In this document: in pieces, positions 54,031-63,900 of the stretch | Position numbering within the stretch: the stretch's first letter is position 1 | Layout: each line of letters starts with the position of its first letter | IMG/VR virus record: IMGVR_UViG_3300037755_000305 | Coordinates: 1-64,000 of that record | DNA: 64,000 nt | Source: a virus | Reading direction: 5' to 3' (one strand) | Notes under the pieces: model-generated | Database searches by the model: none | Told to the model about the DNA's origin: nothing | What the model saw: the letters and a program-made list of their open reading frames with translations, nothing else | Translations under genes and position numbers: made by a program

Positions 54031-56652
54031 ATGGCAAACGAACGAGCACTACTAAAGTACCGAAACCCGGACTCTACCCAGGATATCAATGATCGGCTTG
54101 CCGGTCTTCTGTCCAAGGGTGTTTTCGAAGGTGGTCTCGTTACGCCTGTTTCTGGTGTTCTGAAGGTTACACTGGGAGCATTTTCCACAGTTGGTTCTGA
54201 CGGAATGTTCGTCAAACAGAGTAATGCTCAGACTTTTGACGTTGTGTCTGATCCTTTGATCTCTGTAAAGAGCTATGTTGTTATCCAACAGCAGTACCAA
54301 GTAAACGCAGAGCCTACAATTATCGTAGAGTTACTTACATCCGATGTATTTGCCGTTACTGGTTCTCCGGGTGAACAGGGTGCCAATAACCCCAACATGA
54401 TCGTTTTTGGGACGGTTACTGTTCCAGCAGGGGCCACATCTGTAAGTTCAGCAAATGTATCATATACCGAAAGAAACGCAATCGACGTTCTGGGACGGTC
54501 TCACTTTCGTGGACTAGTAAACTCTGAATCCTCTTTGCCGGTTTCCGGATTGAACACTAATCGTACGGGGGACTATTTCATTGTGTCCGACGGGTCCGGC
54601 GGCAGTAGTGTTCCAGCATTCTTCAGTTGGAACGGTAGTGACTGGGTTAATAGCACAGATACGTCCGACATCCAGGATCAGCTTGATTCACACAGGGGAA
54701 ATACCAATGACTCGGGAACCGAGCTACACGTTAGCACGGCCCAAGCGGCAGCTTTGTCAGGTGCCGGTATTTTGGACCCAAGTGTTACGAACAAGTATGT
54801 TCTAGAAGACTCCCTTATTCTGCCAACCTCAGATCAGAGAGCAGCGCTAGATGGAAACGGAACACCTTTGGAAGACGAACTTCCTAATGCTACAAATCCC
54901 TATGTTACGTCCACCAAAGTTCTTGCTACGCCTTCCGAAGTTGTTGTCAATTCCTTTACCAGCGTTTCTCCGGGAATTGAAGGGAACTGGGTAGAACTGG
55001 GAGCAGCACAAAACAGTGCAGGCTACTACGTAGGTAAGGAAGCCGTAGGTACAGCTAAACAATGGTTCGCTTTGTATTCTTTTACGCAACCAAGCCCGAG
55101 CCAATATATCAACGATGCGTTTGAATCTGTAGAAATCACGGAAGTACGTGTTGGGGATGTTGGACAATCTCCCACTACTCAGATCAACACCGCAGGCGAT
55201 ACGCATATTGATGATTTGGGCTTCTTCATTCCAGATCTGAATCCTGGCGGTACTTTGTACCTGAAAATCACTAATACGATTAGTGCCGGAGGGGCAAGAG
55301 CGTCGTTTGGTAAAAGAACCCACTGGGGAGATTTTCCGCCCCAGTTCATGATCCAGAGAGGACCACAGGATGCACAAATCAATACTGTGCTATCTAGACT
55401 TATAAGCGGTACAGCAAATGCCCAGTTCAGCAGCGATATATGGGATTTCGTTAACCCTGGACAAGTGGCTGCATGGGACACTGTTACCTCGAAATTCATT
55501 AAAGCAGATCCCCTTAATACGAAAAACCCTGTCGGTGTTAGGGGTACAGCAAACAATCTAATCCAAGAAGGAATGCTTGTTCTATCTGGCGGAGCATTCC
55601 CAATTGGTTCTCAAGTGTATGCCGACAAAGCCAACCCCGGTAGCCTGACCACTACACCAAACGAATGGTTTATTGGAACGGCCATTAGTGCCACCATCCT
55701 TTTGGTGAACATGAATGGAATACCACTACAAGCGAGTGGGGAGGTGACTCCTGGGGTCACCTTCCCTTCCTCGCTATTCCTGAGTGTTCAGGAAGGACAA
55801 ACAGTTGCTTTTGAGCAGGCCACAGGGAAATTTATTCGTGCAGAGACACAGAACGCGCTAAAACTTCCAACAGGTCTTCGAGGCAGAGGAAACAATGTAA
55901 TCATTTCTGGATTGTATTCACCTTCCTCAGGAAGCCCATTTACGACTGGAACCAAATACTTTGCTGACCCCAACACTCCGGGATTTCTAACTACTACGGC
56001 CAATGATTGGTACGTAGGTGTGGCAACGGCTAGTAATCAACTTCTGGTCAATATAACGTCCGTTCCTATTCCAAATAAATGGGCACAGCAACATGACTCT
56101 AATACAGGTCTGCATACGTTCACGTTTGGGTCCGATGCTAGCCGTCCGGCAAACCCCGTATCCGGTACTATACACATTCGGACGGATATTGACCCGCCAA
56201 GAATTGAATACTACACAGGAGTTGCTTGGGCTGATGCTACGGCAGGTGGAGATATTCCAGCAGGTACCAGAATGATGTTTGTACAAAATACAGTTCCTAC
56301 GGGATGGACTTTTGACTCTTCTCTGAACGATCGAGTAGTTTTGGTTACCAACATTTTGGGTAGCGGGGGAACAAGTGGCGGAGACTGGGACATCACTGGA
56401 TTGTCTGCTGATCCTCACGCTTTGGATATTTCGGAAATCCCGTCCCACCAACACGATATTTTTGGTGGTGGCGGAGGAGATGAAAACGTCACGTACAACT
56501 TCAATGGACCGGACGGAAGTGCTAGCCATTCTGGTGTAGGAGGAAGACCAACGGAACTAGCAGGTGGGGGCGTTTCTCACTCTCACGCAGTTTCTAGTGA
56601 TGGAACATGGAGACCAAATTACGTCAACGTAATTATCTGTACCAAAAATTAG
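54031..56652 (+). CDS. Tail fibre / receptor-binding protein B (873 aa) with collar/gp12-like His-rich tip
   Basis: Paralogous N-terminus (NPDSTQDINDR); C-terminal IPAGTRMMFVQNTVPTGW, HALDISEIPSHQH, SHSH and WRPNYVNVIICTK. Confidence 0.78.
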   Translation: MANERALLKYRNPDSTQDINDRLAGLLSKGVFEGGLVTPVSGVLKVTLGAFSTVGSDGMFVKQSNAQTFDVVSDPLISVKSYVVIQQQYQVNAEPTIIVELLTSDVFAVTGSPGEQGANNPNMIVFGTVTVPAGATSVSSANVSYTERNAIDVLGRSHFRGLVNSESSLPVSGLNTNRTGDYFIVSDGSGGSSVPAFFSWNGSDWVNSTDTSDIQDQLDSHRGNTNDSGTELHVSTAQAAALSGAGILDPSVTNKYVLEDSLILPTSDQRAALDGNGTPLEDELPNATNPYVTSTKVLATPSEVVVNSFTSVSPGIEGNWVELGAAQNSAGYYVGKEAVGTAKQWFALYSFTQPSPSQYINDAFESVEITEVRVGDVGQSPTTQINTAGDTHIDDLGFFIPDLNPGGTLYLKITNTISAGGARASFGKRTHWGDFPPQFMIQRGPQDAQINTVLSRLISGTANAQFSSDIWDFVNPGQVAAWDTVTSKFIKADPLNTKNPVGVRGTANNLIQEGMLVLSGGAFPIGSQVYADKANPGSLTTTPNEWFIGTAISATILLVNMNGIPLQASGEVTPGVTFPSSLFLSVQEGQTVAFEQATGKFIRAETQNALKLPTGLRGRGNNVIISGLYSPSSGSPFTTGTKYFADPNTPGFLTTTANDWYVGVATASNQLLVNITSVPIPNKWAQQHDSNTGLHTFTFGSDASRPANPVSGTIHIRTDIDPPRIEYYTGVAWADATAGGDIPAGTRMMFVQNTVPTGWTFDSSLNDRVVLVTNILGSGGTSGGDWDITGLSADPHALDISEIPSHQHDIFGGGGGDENVTYNFNGPDGSASHSGVGGRPTELAGGGVSHSHAVSSDGTWRPNYVNVIICTKN

Positions 56653-56660
56653 GCTTACAC

Positions 56661-57236
56661 ATGGATTACAGCAAACACTGCATCGAAATATTCGAAAATT
56701 CATTGTCTCCCGACTTGTGTGGAGAAATCATCAGACGCTTCGAGGAAGATGGCAGAAAAATAGATGGAGGTGTTGGTTACGGAGACGGAACAATCGCCGC
56801 AGACCATACACTAAAGAAATGTACAGAGCTGTACCTTAGTAGCTTCCCAGAATGGAAAGATATAGACGAAATTCTCTACAAAGAAGTTACATCTAAGATG
56901 CTACAACTTAGAGAAAAAGTTCCCGGTCTGGCCAGGGTTAATACCGTAAATGACGAAGGGTACAGGATCAAGAAATACAATAACGACGGAACCGAATTTT
57001 TCAATTGGCACATTGACCAGAACGGTCGAGCACAAGGACATAGATACCTGATTTTCCAGTGGTATCTAAACGATGTAAAAAAAGGCGGAGAAACGGAATT
57101 CAGGCTACAGAAAATCAAGGTAAATCCCGTGGCAGGCCGCCTAATTTGCTTCCCTCCTTACTGGACACACGAACACAGAGGATTGGCTCCGGTCAGCGGA
57201 CCTAAGTACATTCTCTGCTCTTGGATTACTTTCTGA
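56661..57236 (+). CDS. 2OG-Fe(II) oxygenase (prolyl-4-hydroxylase-like)
   Basis: FNWHID (HxD), YLNDVKKGGETEF, FPPYWTHEHRG and KYI. Start ATG 56661 (track 56607). Confidence 0.88.
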   Translation: MDYSKHCIEIFENSLSPDLCGEIIRRFEEDGRKIDGGVGYGDGTIAADHTLKKCTELYLSSFPEWKDIDEILYKEVTSKMLQLREKVPGLARVNTVNDEGYRIKKYNNDGTEFFNWHIDQNGRAQGHRYLIFQWYLNDVKKGGETEFRLQKIKVNPVAGRLICFPPYWTHEHRGLAPVSGPKYILCSWITF

Positions 57237-57580
57237 TGGCTGAGAACTACAAGAACGCATTCAAATGTTCAGAATGCCCGAAATCTAACGGCGAGAACGG
57301 GTGCCCTGCCTGGAACGAACTAATTATGACTGAATCCAATACTGGAGAACAGAAGATTGTAAGAGGGTGCAATTTCCAGCTATTACCGTGGATCATGACT
57401 GAAGCCATCAAGGCGTCCAACGTGGCCACAGGAACCGCTGCCGACATGAAGAATGAAGTAGCTAAAGGTTTCGCCGTTATGGCATCAGCACTTCCTGGGT
57501 TATTATCGTCCGTAGCCAGCTCCGTAGAAGAAAAAGAAGAAGATAGCGTACAGGTTCTACTGCCTGAGGATAAATCGTAA
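57236..57580 (+). CDS. Cys-rich tail-fibre-associated hypothetical protein (~114 aa)
   Basis: CSECP...GCPAW...GCNFQLLPW...E; start coupled to the upstream stop (TGATG). Confidence 0.65.
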   Translation: MAENYKNAFKCSECPKSNGENGCPAWNELIMTESNTGEQKIVRGCNFQLLPWIMTEAIKASNVATGTAADMKNEVAKGFAVMASALPGLLSSVASSVEEKEEDSVQVLLPEDKS

Positions 57581-58812
57581 TGCCTTATTTCCCGTCACAA
57601 ACAGACGATCCCGTTGCTGTTCTGACTCTAGAGGGTCGGAACCTTCTGGCAAGATCTATCATAGCGCGATCTCAGCTAACTGGCAATGAGCCGCTTAAGC
57701 CGCTGGTATCTTTCAAGCTGGCTGGTTTCGCTATGGGCGACGGCGGGTATCCACTGGACAACCCCCTTCTGGTGACTCCTATTCAAGACGACACAACCCA
57801 AGCTGTTGCTACGATTTCCGTTACAGACAACCGATTCGATTCTACCGACAACATCAGGATCAACGGCGTCAATTTTCCGGCAGGTGTCAGCGTCGTGGCC
57901 ACGGGAACGGCGTCCGGCGGAAGCTCAGAAAATGGCGGACCGACATCGGGATACAACGACGGTACAGTGGATAACCTTGCTGGAGGTGGCGGCACTATAA
58001 TCACAAGCGGATTGGAATCTAATGCGCATATAGGAAAGAGACTACGTATTGTATCTGGCACACTGGCAGGGATTGACGAAGAAATAGTTACCAACACACA
58101 AACTACAATCGAGATCGGCTACACGGATTTCCAGGGAACACAATTCCCCATTCCCCAGCCTCCTAACCCAGCAAACGGAACGCCTGTCGGAAAGAGCTGG
58201 AATCAGGCAGGAAGTGATGGTGTAATCATACCAGATATCACATCCGTCTATCAGATTATTACGAACAACCCCGGATCTGGAACATGGGTCCCGGGAGATA
58301 CCGTTGAGGAAACTGCTGTAAACGTCGCGAATTCCATCAACGATTCGTCTAATCCACTTATCCAAAATGTCGTTCGCGCTACAGCAGTGAACGCTGTTGT
58401 GACTGTTGAAGCTCTTTCTGCCGGTACCTCAGGAAACCTGAATACGCTGGTGGAATTCGATGGTGGTGGTTTTGGTATAAACAACTTCGATGTTACTCCT
58501 GGGTCCGGGTTTTTGTCTGGAGGTGTAAGCCCTGCTCTGGAAAGCGCGCAGTTCCCTGCTTCGGCTCCTGTGGATCTGGAAGATTTTCTGGATATAGAGA
58601 GACCTAGCTCAGATGCAGTATCCTTGGTGTGCCGAGTCCCGCAAAACGTCGGTAATGTGGGTTTCGGAGAAATTGGAATATACGCAGACATACTTGATTC
58701 TGTTAACCCTTCGGAAATTGGACAAAGAGTCCTGTACGCGGTCGGGCATTTTCCCATCGTAGCTAAGAATACTAAGAGCATCCTAGTGATGCGAGTGATT
58801 ACACAATACTAA
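57580..58812 (+). CDS. Tail-collar-like structural protein with nested domain insertions
   Basis: N- and C-termini align with 50775-51200 (LTLEGR...FAMGDGG; EIGIY...YAVGHFP), with about 240 aa inserted between. Confidence 0.7.
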   Translation: MPYFPSQTDDPVAVLTLEGRNLLARSIIARSQLTGNEPLKPLVSFKLAGFAMGDGGYPLDNPLLVTPIQDDTTQAVATISVTDNRFDSTDNIRINGVNFPAGVSVVATGTASGGSSENGGPTSGYNDGTVDNLAGGGGTIITSGLESNAHIGKRLRIVSGTLAGIDEEIVTNTQTTIEIGYTDFQGTQFPIPQPPNPANGTPVGKSWNQAGSDGVIIPDITSVYQIITNNPGSGTWVPGDTVEETAVNVANSINDSSNPLIQNVVRATAVNAVVTVEALSAGTSGNLNTLVEFDGGGFGINNFDVTPGSGFLSGGVSPALESAQFPASAPVDLEDFLDIERPSSDAVSLVCRVPQNVGNVGFGEIGIYADILDSVNPSEIGQRVLYAVGHFPIVAKNTKSILVMRVITQY

Positions 58813-59282
58813 TGGATATCAACACACTACTATCAGAGCTAGTATTGATCGCTAATGATCTTGACGGTAAGAATCAAGACATAAGTGCTGATGTGGATGC
58901 TGCTATTTTCATCATGTCTTCGGACAGTGCCCTTCCACGAAACAAAAGTCTTGCAACCGTTGTTAGAGAAAATTACGCCGCTGTTGAGGACATGGATGAT
59001 CGTACTGTTGAAGAATTGGCGGTATCTGCCGCTGAAGATATTGCGTCCCTTACGGAAGATGTACTGGAGCAGGCAGACTCAAAGGCTATCGTTGCGGTAT
59101 TGACGAGCATGGCGCAAAGTTTGCGATCGGTATTGTACCCTAATGGAACCATGTCTCGGGACGTAGCCGAAGCCGGAGCCAATTTCTTGGCAGCAGCGGA
59201 AGAGAAATTGTCCCAAAACAAAGAACTCTACAATCTTGGACACCGAGTAGGAATGGTTCGGTCGAAAATTGAGAAAAACTAA
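58812..59282 (+). CDS. Hypothetical helical acidic protein (156 aa)
   Basis: TAATG-coupled ORF. Confidence 0.7.
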   Translation: MDINTLLSELVLIANDLDGKNQDISADVDAAIFIMSSDSALPRNKSLATVVRENYAAVEDMDDRTVEELAVSAAEDIASLTEDVLEQADSKAIVAVLTSMAQSLRSVLYPNGTMSRDVAEAGANFLAAAEEKLSQNKELYNLGHRVGMVRSKIEKN

Positions 59283-60709
59283 TGGCTAGAGGTCGTCTAA
59301 CACGCTACAACCAACTTGTCAGTGGAATCTCCCCCCACTATAGCAATGTGGTTGTACAGCCACGAGGCTTTCCTATTTTTTCAGATCCTCTTCTGAAGGG
59401 GCAGGTTAGGTTTGCTCGTAAAACAGGAGCCGACTTCTCTCTCCTTAACCCTGACAACGAGATTCGATTGTCAGCGGTAGCTCCCAGAAACACCAGAACG
59501 TTGCTTCTTAAGAGACCCAGTCGATGGTTGGAGGTTGGGGCCGTGTTGTCTTTGGGTCCTGACGAAGAGTTTGCCTTGGTTCGAGATTTCGGGGACGACT
59601 ACATCACGCTTGTCAATCCGCTTCTGGGAGACTTCACAGAGGATAATTCGGTCAATCTGTACGCTACTCCTATGCAGCCTGCACAGGTTGCTCTGACAGG
59701 GTCTACGACGATTATAGTTAGAAGCCGGTACCACCTCCTAGCAGGAGACAGGATCTCCATACAGACCACTTCCGGGCTCTTAACGAGCCTTTTAGACGAT
59801 AAGATTGTACGAGCCCGGTTCCTAGATTCTGTTTCTGACGGAGTAAATCCTTTTACCCTGTTTTACGAGCTGGAGCTGGAAGACCCTTTGCCTATAAATC
59901 TACCTTTGGACAGCACAGACCTGTTTCTGAAGGCGCAGCCTAGCTATCTAAGCAATCAGGTGTTCATACCCCAAGTACCAGGAAATCCCGATGATATCGG
60001 TCCCTTTTTACTGGATTACGTCTCTGGGGTGCTTTTCGATCGAGATAACGTAGATGAACAGTTATCGGTTACCGTCTTTGACAAATTGGGGGCTTCCGTT
60101 ATACACGACAACCTTGCTCCTCTGTCGATCAAAAAGCAGTTTCAGATCACCGAAATGCCAATTATGGCTGACGTTATTTGTTTGTGGCAAGTGGCGGATG
60201 GCTCGACCACGTTCACCAAGCGAGGAAACACACAAGAAATCTATGCAGTATCTCTATGTAACGAGCGTGGGCAGTTTCAGGTTACGCAGGAGACGATTCC
60301 GGCAATGCCCCCGGGGACAGAATGGAGAATTCCTGTAACAGCCAACCTACCTTGTACCCTGAAGGTAAGATTCTATCCTAACGAGTGGAGAGAGTTCAAC
60401 TTGTTGCCTGCTACTCCAATGAACGTTCTGGTGGGCACAACTCTTGAAAATCAACCTACGGAAAGAATTGAAATCGTAGTTATTGGAACAGAGGATACGA
60501 CTGTGGAGTTCGGGAACTGGATTCCTACTAAAAATCAGGCGTTCTCTCTGATCTACGGTATAACAGCGGATGTTTTTGGGGACGCTCAGTGGCAGGCGAC
60601 CAACATGTTCCAAAAGCCTATGTTTTTGAACTTTGCTTCTGGTCTAAAAGGGAGATTCGACTCCAACCGAACACCGAACCGTTTCGACGGCGGTATGATC
60701 TTCCTTTAA
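59282..60709 (+). CDS. Hypothetical beta-rich structural protein (475 aa)
   Basis: Coupled ORF in the tail module; ends RFDSNRTPNRFDGGMIFL. Confidence 0.75.
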   Translation: MARGRLTRYNQLVSGISPHYSNVVVQPRGFPIFSDPLLKGQVRFARKTGADFSLLNPDNEIRLSAVAPRNTRTLLLKRPSRWLEVGAVLSLGPDEEFALVRDFGDDYITLVNPLLGDFTEDNSVNLYATPMQPAQVALTGSTTIIVRSRYHLLAGDRISIQTTSGLLTSLLDDKIVRARFLDSVSDGVNPFTLFYELELEDPLPINLPLDSTDLFLKAQPSYLSNQVFIPQVPGNPDDIGPFLLDYVSGVLFDRDNVDEQLSVTVFDKLGASVIHDNLAPLSIKKQFQITEMPIMADVICLWQVADGSTTFTKRGNTQEIYAVSLCNERGQFQVTQETIPAMPPGTEWRIPVTANLPCTLKVRFYPNEWREFNLLPATPMNVLVGTTLENQPTERIEIVVIGTEDTTVEFGNWIPTKNQAFSLIYGITADVFGDAQWQATNMFQKPMFLNFASGLKGRFDSNRTPNRFDGGMIFL

Positions 60710-60713
60710 TATC

Positions 60714-60956
60714 ATGAAGACTTGCATAAATTGGCACCCCAGGACATCGGAAAACACTTATCTCTCTAAGAGTAAGCACAATATGTGCAGAATTTGCCGC
60801 AGGAACAGGGAAAAAGACGTTACGACAGGGAACACAGGAAGTTTCTTAGAGTGTAACACAGGACTGGGATCATTATTCAAAGACATCCCAGAACTTTTGA
60901 AAGAGGCGGTATCCTATTTGGAAAACAGTATTAAGGGGAAGACACATGGCGAATAA
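60714..60956 (+). pseudogene. Degenerate endonuclease VII-type homing endonuclease remnant
   Basis: CRIC...KDVTTG...ECNTGLGSLFKDIPELLKEAVSYLE matches the EndoVII-family C-terminus (DHCHxTGxVRGLLCxxCNxGLGxFKDxxxLLxxAxxYL) but lacks the DH and RGLLC elements. Confidence 0.6.
60758..60765 (+). promoter_or_regulatory. Recurrent TTATCTCT boundary motif, copy 5
   Basis: CTTATCTCTCTAAGAG inside the endonuclease remnant, upstream of the last large structural gene. Confidence 0.5.
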
Positions 60957-63900
60957 GCTACCGGGAGTTAACTTCCAGGCGCCTCTCGCAACCGATGACC
61001 TGGAGTTTCAGCAGACTAGCAACGGACAAGAAATACAAGAGCGCACTCGACTAACGATTGGTGCTGTTGGTAACTTTTCTGGGCATTTCGGTATTGTTGA
61101 TACTATCGATCCGCAGGACATTTCTACGTCGGATATTGAGCGTCCCCTAAACGTCTCGGTATCTGCGGATAACGCCCTACGAGTAGACGTTACCACGGGT
61201 ACTGCTGTTACGGCTTGCGGCAACTGGGTCAAGCTTCTCAATAGAATCACCAGTCTCGAATTGGCCTCAACGTCAGTCGGCGCTGTAAACGTCGTTTACA
61301 TAGAATATTTCACAGAAGACGGAACAGAGAGACGTGTCAACAAATTCAACATAGACGTTGCCGTTCGAAACCAGAGACCGTCCGATAACGATTCAGTTAT
61401 TGGCGTGGACATTCTTGGAAACTTCACAGATTCCTCGAAATATACACCTACACGATTGAAGGACATCGTGGTTTTGGCTTACGTTACTGTAAACCAGCTA
61501 GCCGATTTAACTCTGGATCTTGCTATTGATCTTGGTGCTAATAACTTTGATGATAATCGGCCCTGGTTCAGCCCCACGGATATCGCTCACCAGACAAAGG
61601 TAGGCACGGCGGACCCGACAGACACCAACCCTCATGGTACCAGTCTAAACGATCTAGCTGCTGGTCGCCTAACTCTGTATCAACAGGCTGTTACACACGG
61701 CATGGTCATTTCGAAGGATGTGTCTAAACCACGATATCCAGGCATCAAGACTGAAGAAGTCATTGCGGCAGTAAGTTTCAACACTGACGGAACAGGTTTG
61801 GTTACGAGACGAGCCCGACTTTTCGGAAGCATAAACGCCAAGTATGTAGCACTACAGCATTACCCTATCTCTATAGGAAGCGCTTACGCTACAGGCAACC
61901 CTGCTCAGCAAATTTCTGTGGATTTTGTACCTGATGCAAATATTCTCGTGATTCCAACAAATGAACCCATCCCAGAAGAAGGAATCACGGTCGAATACAT
62001 GTACTCCGAAGCCGGAGAGCCTCCGGTAGACCCTGTAACAAACGATTTAGTGTTCTTGCAGCCTGCGGATTCTGAGCTTATCATTGCGGATGGCATCGCA
62101 GTGTCTTCTATTCCTGCTCCTATCATTTCTTTTGATGGTTCCGGACCCATCCCCAAAAATTTTCGAGTGCTTCTAGACGCTGACGGGGTTCTAATCTCCA
62201 GCCCCCAGATCTTGCAGCCTCCCATCAAGCTTTCGGCAATGGGTACATCTGATCTGCCTATAACACGAGCAATGCGTGGTGATGCGCCTGTTGAAATCGG
62301 ATTGACGCGGTCTAACGATGTGGATGGAATGTCAATCGTATTGAACATTACCGGTGTGGACGCCGATGATAATCCCGCTAGTGAGGATCTTACATTCGAC
62401 TACGATAACTGGTCTGATTCTTCTATCCCGTCCGCCGAAGAAAATATCAACCAGTTCCAGAGAACTTCAACTATTTTCTCTACGGTGTCTACTATTCGTG
62501 TTGTTAGTCGATCCAGTGACGGAAATGATTCTACCATCATCGTGTACGGAGACCAAGAAGCTTCTGTAACTGAAACCTTCAAGGAAAAATGCCCGCTCGC
62601 AGATGTGTTCTGGGATGGATTGGCTGTAGAGGGTGTTCTTGACGCTCGTCCTATCTCCCCGAACCTAGAGCTTCCACGAACCCCTATTTACAACGGAACT
62701 GGGGCAGATGAGCCTGGATCTCGGGCGTGGTTATACGAAGATTTCAGAAAGCCTCGTTACGGGGATTCTTTTGCTGGTAACGAAGATCCCGCAGAAGCTA
62801 AGGGCTCTCTAACTATCACGCAAAATGAATTGATTTCCAATGACGATACAATTGATCTAGGAAACGGCAAAGTTTTGGTCGCCAAGACCCCTGCGGCTGC
62901 TTCTGGCTCTCTGACAGCGTTGCAGTTTGGTATTAACGTACCGTTGGGTTCTACGCAGCTCATCATCAATGAGCAAGGGGGCGGCAACGTTTCGGTTTCT
63001 ACAGGAAACGGCTATCTTGATCCTGATGTTCTGGCAGACGAAATTGCTGCTGGTCTGACATCTAACTCCGGTTTGGGCATCACATACATCACCTCTGTCA
63101 CCACACAGCGACAAATCACTATCACGGCTGTTGGAGGTAACCTCTTTACAATCGTATCCAGTTCTTTGGCAACTTTGCTTGGATTCAGCGTGACGTCTCC
63201 AGCCAGCAGCATTCAGACATCTGCAAGCCAACCAGGACTAAACGACCAGGATACCTTCACACTAAGTGACGGTACTACAACCAAAGTATTTGAATTTGAC
63301 GTAGGAGGTGGTGGCTTATCTGATATTACACACCTATCAGTCAATGTTGGCGGAGACGGTACAGAAGTCGAAACGCAAGCCGCTATAGTTTCCGCTATCA
63401 ACGCATCAAGTCTCTCGCTAACGGCTACGCCCGGACTTGGTGCATTGGTTGAAATCGTGAATGACGATTTGGGAGCCTCTGGAAACGCCCCTATTGTGCA
63501 GTCCGTGTCTTCTGGTTACGACATGTTTCCCGTGGGAATGTCTGGTGGAACAGATGGTGGAGCAAATTCTTCTTTGGGTGAGTTCAATGTTGGAGTGGGC
63601 ACCGATTTCGAAACTACAGGTAACAACATCGTGGCTACCTTGGCGGATCTAGTTTTCGATTCCGATATAACCGGAACACGAACAGGCAACGTTGTTAATT
63701 TGATTAGAAACGCAGGTGGTGTATCAAACAACAAGATCGTGGGAACCTTTGTCAACGTTGCCCCGGAGCCTATTGATATTGATGGATTTTCTGGCGGTGC
63801 TGGCAGATACCTTGCCACATCTCCAGATTCCTTTGCAGAGGGACTCAGGACTCGTATACCTCGTGCAAACACGGATCTAGACTCGGTATCACACAAATAC

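Noticed and set aside
51213-56652. Diversity-generating retroelement or invertible tail-fibre cassette
   Set aside because: No reverse transcriptase, invertase, near-identical template repeat or flanking inverted repeats seen; the paralogues are diverged at the DNA level.
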